A stretch of 64,000 nt of DNA from Octopus bimaculoides (GCF_001194135.2 NC_068987.1:15693319-15757318), one strand, 5' to 3'; shown: positions 1-14,088, counted from the first letter of the stretch. The notes: generated from the letters alone by a model not told the origin. A program made the numbers and translations.

Positions 1-336
1 ATATATATATATATATATATATAGTAGTTGCAGTTTCAGCGATGGCAATATTATCACTTAACTACAATGAATATGTCAAACTAGTACTAGGAATGAGTTT
101 GAGAGTTACGCATTTCTGAAGAATTGAAAATGCAATTGGATTATATAATTCATATCATGTAACTAATATTCATTCCTTGTTAATGAAACGCGCGTAAGAT
201 GATGTAACTAAATAAACTCTCCTGTTTTCTTATATATATATGTATATGTGGGTGGGTGTTTATACGCACACTCACATATACACATCTACATACATACAGA
301 CTATGGTTTTAACTGTGTTTTTTCTTTATAACACAG

Positions 337-568
337 AGTTCCAGATACCACAACATTTGAAGCTTGGATTGGATCCTTCTCTATTGAGTGATATAGAACC
401 AATGACTTCAAAGCAACCTCATAAGATAAAGGGGACCTCTGAAGAAGCTAGCCAAGCTCTCATGGACATGTTTGGGTCTGTGGATATTCCTGAGCTTCTG
501 GATAACTTAAAACAGTCACAGAATATGCATGAACAAGCCGATATCATTCATTACATGTATCTGGCAAA
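337..568 (+). CDS. PHKA1/PHKA2: PHKA exon (EFQIPQHL...[12 protein letters not shown])
   Basis: acacag acceptor at 335-336, gtaagt donor at 569. Inside ORF 240..572. QADII motif matches the alpha subunit. Confidence 0.9.
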
Positions 569-3500
569 GTAAGTATGTTTCATCTTTTATTTTTTTTTCT
601 TACTTTTTTCAGTTACTGGACTGTGGCCATGCTGGGGTACATTCTTGGATTTCAAAATACATTAGTACATATTCTGAAATATCATATCAAAAATACATTA
701 CTACAATCAAATAATTTCAAGAATATGGAATCCAAAATACATTTTTATGTTCAGAATACATTGTTAAACATTCCAAAATCCATAATTACAAAATTACATA
801 AATATTTCAAAGTACATAATTACAAACCGGTTTCATTTCTTACATAAGATACTCATTGCAATGTATACATGTAAAGGTTTGCTGCTGGCCTTCATTTAAT
901 ATACAGCATGCTAGCTTGAAAGAGCCCCATTATAAACCGACTAGGTGACAAGGAGGTTATACTGAATACTTATACTTTAGTTGACCCAGATTAAGTAGTG
1001 ATGTAAACTTCTGTACTTCTTTTTGAAATGTAAGGCAAGATATATCTCATAAATATTACAAAATGAATTGGAAAAAGGAATCAGTATTTGGTTAATGATT
1101 TAAACTCGCTTTATATTTTATAATAAGAAAAGTGATTTTATCAATTCTGTGTTGTTCAGTTACATTTTCTGCATGTTGACATAGGAAAAGTTAAGTTCTT
1201 GTGCAACTATCTAAATGCTCATTTGTTACTTGTGGATTGTTCTTCATATTTTCATGGGTTCAAACTCTGCTGCTTCATTGTTTGGATCACAGCTATGTTT
1301 TACTTTTAGAATTTTGCCCATTCTTGAAGTGGAATTCGGAGCCTTTGGATACATTGATACAAATTTCACAATTTGGTCTCAACATTTTTTTAGGTTTTGA
1401 ACAATGTTGGTAGGTAATTGGGCAGTTGTTAGCATCCATAGGAGATGTTGTATCAGACAAATACCACAGTAACTTGCCTTTCAACGATGTATATACTTTA
1501 TGATACAAAAGAGGGCCTTTCTGTTTTACATTCTAAGATCATTCATTGCATTGTTTTTTTTTTCAGAGGAATTAACTTTAAGGTAACCATTGGAGAGAGT
1601 CAGTGTTCAGTGAAGGATCTACTACGTGAACTATATGAAAAAGTAAGAAATATTTGTTTCTTTTTGATTTCAAATAATAATAACCCCCTGCAAAATTGTA
1701 ATTCAGTGTGTGATTATAATACCCCCAAATAGTCTCAGGTTGACCAGTACCTTGTGAGCAGAAACTATGTAATAGTCTGTTGTATGTGTGTATATGGATA
1801 GATATCATTCAATAATGAATATGAACATTGCTTGTTAAGGAGCTGCAAAATGAAGATAACATTTTTTAACTCAGCTGATGATCTGCAGCTTTTACCATAA
1901 ACATTGCATCAATGTCTCTTCTCAGTTAAATGCAATGCAGAATCATGATATTAGACATTGTGAACAAGCATGTGTCTTCTCAGACAGCTTATATCAATAA
2001 ATGTTCTGCCAGAGTTGCACATACAATCCCTTGTCATTCTTGCTTTCAGAAATGCAGTGGACCAGTGATTGACCCATTAGAAACTCGTAACTAGCAATAG
2101 TATTGTTTACCAAATGTGATACAAAATAAACACATATTCCCGAATTCCAAAAGACATTCCATATACCAGACTTGGTAAAATTGATATCAGTAAAATCCTG
2201 AAAGTGATGGTAAACAAGTCATTCATATTTTCTTTAAAAGATGATAGTAACAAACATTGTATCTATGCCAATTATTTATACATAGCATACCAAAGGAGAC
2301 ACTTCATTGGCATTGAAACAGTTTTGAATGCCACGTTAAAAACAATCTAAGATTTTATTATAAAGGCATTCTTTAAATGCTAATCTGGTGAAAACACAGG
2401 TTTCTGCATTCCATATAAGACACAAGGCATCAAACATAAAGTTAAATATCTAATGGAAGAATGGTGGAACCATACTAGAATCTTGGTGTGTTTCCAAGGC
2501 TCAAAAATGAAGACAGGAATTTAATCAACAAAAATTAACATAGGCATAGGCTTGGCTGTGTGGTTAAGTAGCTCACTTTGTTACCTTGTGGTTTTGGGTT
2601 CAGTCTCCTACTTTAGTCCAAAGCTGACCAATGCATTGTGGCTGAATTTGGTAGATGGAAACTATGAGGAAGCCCATTTTGTTTGTGTGTATGCCCTTGT
2701 ATTTGTGTTTGTCCCCTCCACTGTTTGACAACTGGTGTTGGTTTCTTTACATCCCCCATAACTTAGCAGTTTAGCTAAAGTGACTGATGGAATAAGTACC
2801 AGACTTTTAAAAAAATAAGTAATGGGTTGATTTGTTCAAGTAAACCCTTCAGGTGAGTACCCCAGCATGACTACAGTCCAGTGACTGAAACAAGTAAAAT
2901 ATGAAATAAAAAACATAACTCTATCTTAACCAGACAACTGCATGGTTAAGAAGTTCCACTCTTTACCACACCAAGTGGCTTTGGGTTCAATCTTACTGTA
3001 TGGACACTACATCGACAATTGTCTTCTACAGTAGCATCAAATCAACCAAACCTTGTGAAAAAACTGGTTGTTAGAAACTGCATGGAAATCCTCTTTGCAG
3101 ACCATTCCCTATTCTCGAGTAGTCATGCTAGTCCTTGTTAGTCAGTTCGACCATTTGACCCTTTGTTCTCCGTTGCAACAATTCAGCTGAGATCAATGAT
3201 CTCAGGATAACATGCTCCCACGGAAAAAGACTCATGGATGTCAGCCTTTCTTCCTTCTTATGACTCAGCCCTTGGAAGTAATAATAATAATAATAAAAAT
3301 AAAAAATCCTGTTTCAGTCTGTGTAATTATTCTTCGTCAGCCTCGATGGAATACAACTCACCTGATTCGTATTTTGGTTTGTATTTATCACCTATTTAAT
3401 ATGATGTTTTTCTTTCTTCTCTGTTTCAGGCGGGTTACTGGAAGCAATGGTGGCTGGTAAGACATACTGCTGGCATGCTGAAGAAGAGGATTGAAGATCT

Positions 3501-5318
3501 TGCTCTGGTAACTATTCTTTTCCCAATATCTATGAACATTCTAAAACTATTCTGTATCTATATTCTTTTATCAATTTTCTATGCACACACACACACACTT
3601 GTGTGTGTGTGTAAGGGCCAAGCATTCAGGGTTGAACTCTTCTTTGGACTGTCTCCAAAATGTGGAAAAGAGTGAATGATGATTCATTAGAGAAGATGAC
3701 TTTCTTCCATTTAATCAATGACCACTTCTGATAATCTAGACACTATTTTTTTCTGCTTATCAGTGTTGATAGGAGACAGGAGAAATTTAGCAGTTGCAGA
3801 CCTTCCATGGTATCCAACTTTGTGGAGCTCATGTGTGTGTTTATGTTTGTCCCCCACCACTGCTTGACAACCAGTGTTGGTTTGTTTATATCCCTGTAAC
3901 TTAGCAATTTGGCATTGTGACTAGAATAAATACCAGACTTACAGTACAAGAGTTGATATGTTTGAGTAAACCCTTCAAGGCAGAGCCCAAGCATGGCCAC
4001 GGTCTAATCACCGAAAGGAGTAAAAGCAAAATGTTAAGGGATTCTCATTCCCATCTTTTTTCAGTCTTCTTTGTCTACATAGAGTATTTATTAATATTTC
4101 AATAATTCACATTTGCAATAAATCACAATGTCCATGTTATATTGTTCTATTTGTTAAAAAAGCTGCCTCTGCTCTGTTTGTAGGCTGCCACAGATCTTTT
4201 GGTACGTCAGAAGCAGTTGTCTGTGGGTCTTCCTCCCGACCGAGAGAAGATCATCACCAGGTATGTTCCAACAAGATCATCTTTGTCTTTCGTCCTTCTA
4301 GATCAAGTAAATAAAATACCAGTAAGATACTAGGGCTAAGTATAGTCTATTAATTCCCTCTCCTCGAAATTGTTGGCCATCTGTCTGATTAAGAAACAAC
4401 TATTATAGTTTAGAAAATAACTTTGTGCTTGGATGTTGAGTTTTGGCTTTATATAGTCACATTGAATAATGGGCAAGACTTCTGCCTGTCCCCCACCCCA
4501 CAAAACCAGCCTTTCTTAAAAAAATTTTTTTTCAACACAAACCCCCCTTTTCGGCTACGGGGAATACGAATCTGCAAGAAAATTGGCAAAAATCGACATT
4601 TCTAAATTACCACCCCCACCCACCCCCATTCCCTTCATTTTTAACTTTTCTCAGAATTTTTTTTTTCAAAATATTTGGAAAAATATGGAGATTATGATTC
4701 TGAAAAAAATTTACAAAAATCTTTATAAAATTTTTTTTCAAGAATTTTTTTTTTTTTCTAAATATGCGGAAAAATACAGACATTATGATTTGGACAAAAA
4801 TTTCAAAACATTTCTGTACTTACGGTTTTAGGGTTAAGGTTATGGTTTTAGGGTTAGAGTGTTAGGGTTAAGGTTTTAGAGTTAGTGTTGGGGAAAAAAG
4901 TCAAAATTGAAGAAGTTGGGGGGAAAGGGGGTGCAAAATTTTACAATGCTGATTTTTGGCAATTTTCCCGAATTTCTGTATCTGAAAACAGGAATTTTTG
5001 GCAAAAAAATTTTTTTTAAATAAACAAATTTGGGAGAAAGTGGGGTGGGGATGGGCGGAAGTCTTTCTAAATAATGTAACCTGAGATACGCTGTCTAAAA
5101 GCATATACACAATGGACACAGCTGGAATGCGTTTAATGATAGTCTTATTCTATCAAATGATGGCATTAGGAAGGGCATCCAGCCCTAGAAACCAAGCCAA
5201 ATCATAATGGAACTTGGTGCAGTTTCCCAGCTTGCCAGCACTGATCAATCCATCCAACCCATGCCAGCATAGAAAGCAGATGTTAAAGGATGATGATGAC
5301 CATGCCTAGATTTGCTTA

Positions 5319-5357
<39 letters not shown>

Positions 5358-5793
5358 CTATCCTTACTTGATAGTCTTTTGTTTATATTTCAGTCCCTTG
5401 CCACCAGATGAACTTTCTGAAATGATATACGAATCTTGTGGAGAAGATCTGAGTACTGCTGCTTTGACACAGGTCAGTTTTTCGTTTGTTTTTATTTTTG
5501 TGCGAGGAGGAGAGGGGGGTTCTTTTTTTTTTTCCTATTTTTTTATTGAATTATATGCAGGTATGGCTGTGTGATTAAGAAGCTCGCTTCCCAACCACAT
5601 GGTTTCAGGTTCAGCCCCACTCTGCATGGTACCTTGGGTTAGCATTTTCTACCATAACCTCAGGCTGACCAAAGCCTTCTGAGTAGTGGATCTCATAGAC
5701 AGAAACTGAAAGAAGCTTGTGTGTGTGTTTTGTTTTGTCCTGAACTGTCCATAATTATTTTCTTAATGTAAACCCTTGTGGTTAATAAAGAAA

Positions 5794-5842
<49 letters not shown>

Positions 5843-7281
5843 TAAGGAGTGAGATGGCAGAATCGTTAGCATGCCAAGCAAAATGCTTAGTGGTATTTTG
5901 TCCATCCTTACTGCCTATCATCCTTTGGGTTTCAATAAATTAAGTACTAGTCAAGTACTGGGGTCGACCATCCCCCTCCCCACAAATTTCAAGCCTTGTG
6001 CCCTTAGTAGAAAGGATTATTATTATTATTATCTTTCACTAGTTTTATTTTTATAGTGTGCTTTCACTTCACTACCGAGCGCAGCTCTGTGTGCCTGGGG
6101 TATGTGCTGTGGTTTGCTCTTATGGTTTGCTCTTATGGTTACTCTATTGAAAGTGTTTTGCGTAGGATGTGTGCAGTGCCCAGTAGTGCAATTTTCTGTA
6201 TGTTATATATATTTGTAAGTCCTGGTGTTTTTGTTGTTATTATTATTATTATTATTATTATTAAGGTGGCATTCTGGCAAAAGTTATTAGCACACCAGGC
6301 AAAATGCCGCTAAGCATTTTGTCCGTCATTACATTCTGAGTTAAAATTCCACCAAGGTCGACTTTGCTTTTCATCCCTTTTGGGACCAATAAAATAACTA
6401 CCAGTAGAGCACTGGAGTTGATGTAATCAACTTATCCCCTCCACTCAAAATTTCTGGCCTTGTGCCAAAATTTGAAACCCATTATTATTGTTGTTGTTAT
6501 TAACTTGCATTCACTCTGCCTAGCTAACATGGGCTGGATAGGACTTTATGAGGTAATGTTTTAATGTTAGATTGCCTGTGAACCCCCTTTTACTAACCTC
6601 TTACAACTCATAGGGGTACAATGTACCTATTCTAAAAATTGTGTTACATAAAGAAATATTTAATCTTTGATAAATTCAAATTACGACAAACGTAAATAAA
6701 CAAACGAAGTTTGCTTTTAGAAGCATTGAGATGTCTTTTAGAAAGTTAAAGAAGTGATTTTAAATTCTCAATCGCAGAATAATGCTAATAATATAGCCTG
6801 AACAGGATAAACTATCCCTATTTTGCAGAGAAAAGTGTAGGTGGCTAGCTGTGGACTCGAACTCACATCCCCGTGATTACATGTCACGATGCTTTGACCG
6901 ATTAAGCTAAACTATCTTTGAAATAAATAGGAAGATTTATAATCCTAATTGTTTCTTTTGTTTTCTCCAGGAATTATTAATGTATTTGGCTATGTTTATC
7001 CGCACTGAGCCGCAGCTTTTCAAAGAAATGTTACGTCTCCGTGTGGGGCTCATCATCCAGGTGATGGCCTCAGAATTGGCCAGGACTCTCAAATGTACAG
7101 GTACGCACAAAACATTGTTTTGACGTCTCAATTTTATTATCTGAATTGTTCACTGATTAAAGATGGGGGCATGGCAGAATCATTAGTGTGTCAGACAAAA
7201 TACCTTGCAATATTTGTTCCAGTTTTTTATGTTCTGAGTTCAAATCCTGCTGAGGTCAGCTTATGTATACATGTATGTGCA

Positions 7282-7378
<97 letters not shown>

Positions 7379-8845
7379 TTACAAATATTCTATGATAGTT
7401 ATAAATGATTATCAAGCAGTGTCATTCATTTTCTGTATTCTGCAAAGTCATGTCTGGCCAAAGAGAAATACTACCTTACTTAGAAATAGGTAAGGTTTGA
7501 TATTTCAATGATGCAATTGTTTATTTTTAGAATGACATTGTAGGGTAGGTGTAAGAAGCCAGATCTGGCTGGTTTGGACATAAAGCAAGTAGAAAATTTG
7601 GGGCTGGATATGGCCGGTTTAAATGCTTAAGGGTTAATGAATAAATTCCATACTGACTTGGATTCTCTGCTTGTATTGAAGGAGAAGAAGCTTCTGATCA
7701 CCTGTTGAATTTGAGTCCATTTGAAATGAAGACACTTCTTCATCATATTCTTAGTGGGAAAGAATTTGTAATTAGCGCAGGTGAGTAAAATTCTTTTGCA
7801 ACTGTTCGTGTGTTGTTGTTGTTGTAAGCCTCAGGACAGTCCTGATTGGTCAAATCTATGATCAATGGCATTGTAGCCATTTCTCTCCTATCGTTCTTTC
7901 AGGCATTGCATATTTAAAACTACATTATCCAGTATGTAATTCCCTTTTCCAAGTCAGTAAGGTGTCCTTTAAAGAAGATTCGGCTGCTTTTTCTAGCAGG
8001 CTTAAACAATCACATAGAGACCCCCCCTGATCTGAAGTTGACACACTTTTAATCAACATCTTGTATGAGTAAGCTTGGTCCTTTGCATTACACATCCTAC
8101 AGGCCAGATGATGGCTTGACTACAGAGGAATAGTAACTGTGAAATGGTTTTGATGGTGTGACATTAATTGCAAATTGTGACACTTGATGCACACACAACA
8201 CTGAAGCAGCAGAAAATAATGTGCAATGGTTTTATTTAATGTGTTTGTGGATCCTGTATTGACTGTGTAATACACTGCAGTTCAAAGTATGTTATTAATG
8301 ACATACTGTAAAGTAAGTCATTAGAATCATGTGAGTATATATATATATTTATATATTTGTATGCATATATGTGTGATGTGTGTGCATGCATGATGTTTGG
8401 TCTTTGGTATTTCATCAAAGAGTAGTTTCATGTTAATTATTCTTATTATTGGTTAAGAGTAAAATATTTACCTGATTAATTAAATCTTTGAATTACCAGA
8501 ACAATAACCAGCAGCTACAATATATATATAACTTATAAGGGTGAAAAATTAAGTATTAATTTAATTAATATCAATTTAAAACCCGTGGCTTAGCATATTG
8601 AAAAATCTGAAGATTCAGAAAAATTATATTACATACATGTAAGAGGGATGACCACTAAGTGGACATCCATTATGCTAGAAGAAGACCACCTATGGTCTGA
8701 CCACTAAGAAGAGATTGATTTTGTATCTTTTCATCGCTTATGTTCTGGCGTTTGCTGAATTTTCTTGAGAACAATCTGTTCTTAGTGGTCAGATCATAGG
8801 TGGTCTTCTTCTAGCATAATGGATGTCCACTTAGTGGTCATCCCT

Positions 8846-8883
<38 letters not shown>

Positions 8884-8973
8884 NNNNNNNNNNNNNNNNN
8901 NNNNNNNNNNNNNNNNNNNNNNNNNNNNNNNNNNNNNNNNNNNNNNNNNNNNNNNNNNNNNNNNNNNNNNNNN

Positions 8974-9011
<38 letters not shown>

Positions 9012-10318
9012 GAGAAAGATGATTTGGGTGTAGTGTAGAATTTATTTGAAAACTAAGTCTATCCTTTATCATCATTCTCAGCTATTATCTGCCTGTTATG
9101 AGATGAAGACCTCTGCAACCTCACAGGCTTCAAGGTGTGTTCCAGAAGTTTCAAAACTTTTGCAGGAGAGACATTTATTCATTTCAAAGAAGTACAAAAA
9201 CTCTAATTTCCTTCAAAACAGGATCCTCTGACTTCAATGCACTTGTAGTGCATTCCAACCACTTTGTGAAGGCCCCATGGAAGTCCTCAAAAGTGATGAT
9301 ATCCGGGACTCTTTTCACAGCTCCCTTCATTTTCTTGATATCTTCAAAATGATGGTCCTTGAAGTTCTTCTTTAAGCTTGGGAAATAACCAAAAGTCACA
9401 GGGAACAAGGTTTTGACTGTAGGAAGGGTGAGGAACAGTTTAGAGGACCATCTCTGTCAAGTAGTTGGTTACCAGGATGGAATTGTGGACTGGTACATTG
9501 TCCTGGTACACATGCCACCAACCTGGATGGAAGGGCTCTGGCCTTTTGCAAAGAAATCTCTTCCTGAAATCCCTCAAAACCTTCACAGAGTACTCTTTTC
9601 AGCCGTCTGACCAAAGGAAACTAAGTGGATGTAGATGATGTCCTTTGTCATCGTCATCATCATCATTTAACGTCCGCTTTCCATGCTAGCATGGGTAGGA
9701 CGATTTGACTGAGGACTGGTGAAACCAGATGGCTACACCAGGCTCCAATCTGATTTGGCAGAGTTTCTACAGCTGGATGCTCTTCCTAATACCAACCACT
9801 CTGAGAGTGTAGTGGGTGTTTTTACGTGCCACCTGCACGGGAGCCAGTCCAGCGGCACTGGCAACAATCTCGCTCGAATGTCTTTACAAGTGCCAGGGCA
9901 TGTGGAAAAGGGGATCATCATGGGCTTCCTCATGGACTTGAATCCGGGAAACTGAGGGTATTTCTTATTGAGCACTCTGTCTCTGAATCATAACAGTATA
10001 TCCAACTTTTGTCACAGGTTACCAAAAAATGCAAGTACTATTGGATTGGCGGAAATAAGCTCAGCCATCTCGCTGCAGTCACCAATGTGTCTTTCTTTCT
10101 GTTTCATCACTGCGTACCATTTTTTTTTTTTAACTTGTTTCAGTCATTTGACTGCGGCCATGCTGGAGCACCGCCTTTAGTCGAGCAAATCGACCCCAGG
10201 ACTTATTCTTTGTAAGCCTAGTACTTATTCTATCGGTCTCTTATGCCGAACTGCTAAGTTACGGGGACGTAAACACACCAGCATCGGTTGTCAAGTGATG
10301 TTGGGGGGACAAACACAG

Positions 10319-10359
<41 letters not shown>

Positions 10360-10555
10360 NNNNNNNNNNACTTGTTTCAGTCATTTGACTGCGGCCATGC
10401 TGGAGCACCGCCTTTAGTCGAGCAAATCGACCCCAGGACTTATTCTTTGTAAGCCTAGTACTTATTCTATCGGTCTCTTATGCCGAACTGCTAAGTTACG
10501 GGGACGTAAACACACCAGCATCGGTTGTCAAGTGATGTTGGGGGGACAAACACAG

Positions 10556-10602
<47 letters not shown>

Positions 10603-11841
10603 TACGATGGGCTTCTTTCAGTTTCCGTCTACCAAATCCACTCACAAGGCTTTGGTCGGCCCGAGGCTATAGTAGAAGACACTTGCCCAAGGTGCTACGC
10701 AGTGAGACTGAACTCGGAACCATGTGGTTAGTAAGCAAGCTACTTACCACACAGCCACTCCTGCACCTAGGGAACAATCTTTGGACATGATCAGATCCTC
10801 ATGAATAATTCTGTGTACAGTTGACACACCAACTCCAAACTGTATGTTTATTATCTTTATAGACACACGACAGTCTTCATCCAGAAAATTGCCAATTTTC
10901 TCAACCAATTCTAATGCTCTGATGTCCCTCTTACTCCCACACTTTTCATTGTCTCTCACCTCCTCTACAATCCACAAACCTCTTGTGTCAACAAAAAACA
11001 GATGCTCAGCTCATACAAGTTAATCAATAAGCATTCTGGAGTATTTCATAATTTTCTGTAGCATTTTTGCCCAGTTTAACAAAACTTTATTGCATTATGA
11101 GCTTTGAAATTCTTTTCATATCTTGTCTGCATTCTGCAAACTAGTCAGCTGTTACAATCAGTGTTTATTAGGGTATGTTCAAAGTGCTGTTACAGCTGTC
11201 TCCTTCAATATAGAACAAAAAGTTAGCAGCTCAGCTTATAAGATGTGTCATAAAGATATAGTAAAAGTACAGTAATCTAGGACAGTTATAACTTCCTCTC
11301 CTAAAATAAACTCAAAACTTCTCACTAGACTCACTCAATTCCTACCATCATCAAAAAATGAATGCTAAAAGGGACAATGATATATTTGTGTATTTGCATG
11401 TGTGTGTTTGTATGTGCATCTGTTTTGTCTGTATCTGTGTATATGTGCACACATATGTATGTGTGTGGGCATAAGTTGATTAATTGCTTATATATTTTCT
11501 GCTCCCAGGAAAAAAAGACAAAAAGGGTAAGCAGACACTAAACTCCATATGCATTTATATATTTATGTATATGTTTATATAACTTCTATACTCAATTGTT
11601 TTTCTCTCCCTTTGTATATGTAACACTGTTTTAATATTGATAAATATTTTAATCGATTTTTTTCCCCAGTCTTACGTCTTTTCTTAATATATTGTTGTTA
11701 TTTATTTTGTCACCATACATACATACGTACATGCATACATACATATATACATATATATATGTGTATATATATATATATATATGCATATGTATATATATAT
11801 GCACATGTATGTATATGTATGTATATGTATGTATATATATA

Positions 11842-11884
<43 letters not shown>

Positions 11885-12125
11885 GCTGACACTCGTTGAT
11901 GCTGCATCGAAGGGGCCAGGGAATAGAAGAAAGAAGACATGCACCCAACACCAGAGCTGAAGACACCTCCGAAAGGAGGGGCCCCGCCACGTCAAAACGG
12001 TAGAGGAGTAGGGGCCGAAACCGGATGTGGTTCCTCCTGATGATGTCTTCAGCTAACTGGATCCTATAAAGGAGCTGTTGTGGTAGCAGACCACGAAACA
12101 TGGTTGAAATTCCTTCCTATATATG

Positions 12126-12156
<31 letters not shown>

Positions 12157-14056
12157 GTATGTATATATATATATATATGTGTGTGTATATAATCTTTTCA
12201 GTGTATATCATATTTCTTCTGTCCTTACCACACCACACCATTCTTTTTATCACTTTTATCATAGGGTATCACATTAACACACATTCTTTCTCTATTTTCA
12301 ACTATCATTTATTTTCGTCCCTCTCTTCTAACATTTAAAACTCTGTTCTCATTCCTTGCCAATTGTTCTGATGCACTTGACATTTTCTGTCATGAAATGC
12401 TTCTTTGTCATCAGAAAAATCCATCAGCTATTTTAATAGTGAAATGTGTGTAATAATCTTCTTGGCACCGTTGATCATGTGTTCAAAATTATCTCATCGG
12501 TGCCAAGGACTTTATGTTTCACTATGTTATTGATGCCATGGCTGTGCATTTGCAGATTATGAATGTAAAACCAGTTTTATATGGTGGGTTACTATACACT
12601 TGGGTTTGTACCAGTGAATAACTCGTAATTCTGCTGATGTTTGACATATTTATGTCAGTTGGACATGAGGACATGAAGCAATTGTAGAAGTAAAATTTAC
12701 ACTACTGATTAATAATAATAATAATAATAATAATGATAATAATAATGATAATGATAATGAGAAGCTGAATCACTAAATGCAACTGCTCAGGAAGAAGCCA
12801 TTATAATGAATTTAATAAAGAAAAATGTTAATGAAACTCATTCAGACAACAAATGCAGAAGGTGTTGAAAAAGGGAAGAAATTATGAATGATCTTTTAAG
12901 AGAATGCAGTAAACTTAGCACAAAAAGAGTATACAAGTAAACATGGTATTATGTAATAATAATAATGAAATTATTGTGTATAGTGCTCAGGTGCACTACA
13001 ACAGTGTCAGTAAAAGAGTGAATTTGGATGTCAGTTAAGTCTCTGGAATTGAAGTGATGGAAAATTGATATAAACACGAGTCAAAAGACTGGGATGGTGA
13101 ATGACCATTGCAGGATTTTATAGGATTTCTTCATGGAGACTGACCATATTATTGAAACAAGGGGATGAGATATGATCTTGATGGACACAAAGACAAATTG
13201 TATAAGATGATTGTGTTTGCAATCAAATATGAAAGCAGAGTGGCTTTCGTGAAAACTGAGGTAGTTGAGAAATATCAGAACATAGCCAGAAAGCTAAAGA
13301 GCTTTTGAACATACAAATGACAATTGCATCCAGCAACTTTCTTCTGATCCATGCCTTGCAAAACAGTCTTTCTATAGAATCAGGAAATTCATCTCAATAT
13401 CCAACACCTTCAATCAACCATTTAAACTTCTTGTAACTGATCCTAAAGCTTCTCTTATAATTGGCAACTTTATTACAATTCCAGATTTTCTGCTCTTCAT
13501 ATTTTAGGTTCTAGTATTTTCCTATTTACTCTCATTCCTTGCCTATTAATCTTGTATCAAAGTGACGAACAACATTGATTAAGCAACACTCTTTTACTCT
13601 ATACTGAGCATGATGCTATCTGGGTGTGATTATTCCTTCTGCTTATCCATTTGAATTTTTGTATCCCTTAAATACCTTTACATGATCATTTCAAGGATGT
13701 GTTGTCTTATGGTCATTCCATCTTTCCACATCATCAAAGCTAAATTTTTTACAGATTCATCAATGCACAATTGTATCGACTTTGTCTTGTATCCAGTTCT
13801 TCTAAACTCTCTGAAAAAGTATTCCATCTTCAGAAGAAACTGCATGTGCAACTATCTCTTCTCTTTCACCACACACTCTACATGCATCCAAGATGTCTTC
13901 CATATGTATATTGTTATTCATGTATGTTGTTCTGATTGCTTCACCCTGTGCAACTATGACCAAACCCTCTCTCTCTTTCTTCAAAATCCCCACCTTATCC
14001 ATTGAAATGGCTTCTGATCTTGGTTTTGAAGGTCAGTGATTGAGATTATGAATATG

Positions 14057-14088
<32 letters not shown>

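Larger units (their letters stand above)
9050..11270 (-). mobile_element. Degenerate mariner (DD34D) transposon interrupted by SINEs
   Basis: Minus-strand frames give an HTH region (EEVRDNE.CG..RDIR.LELVEKI..FLDED.RVSI, 10744-10977), a degenerate VTCDESW..YDPE region (about 9900-10100), QDNVPVHNS...[17 protein letters not shown] (9400-9620) and [10 protein letters not shown] (9184-9408). Outer boundaries approximate. Confidence 0.88.

Noticed and set aside
10133-10590. Apparent tandem duplication of a SINE B tail
   Set aside because: Two identical copies flank a 10-N gap, most likely an unmerged contig overlap.
11649-12338. Long IYIY/HTHT-rich ORFs here and at 40080-40668, 45083-45545 and 53486-53822
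   Set aside because: They are translations of TA/CA microsatellites, not genes.
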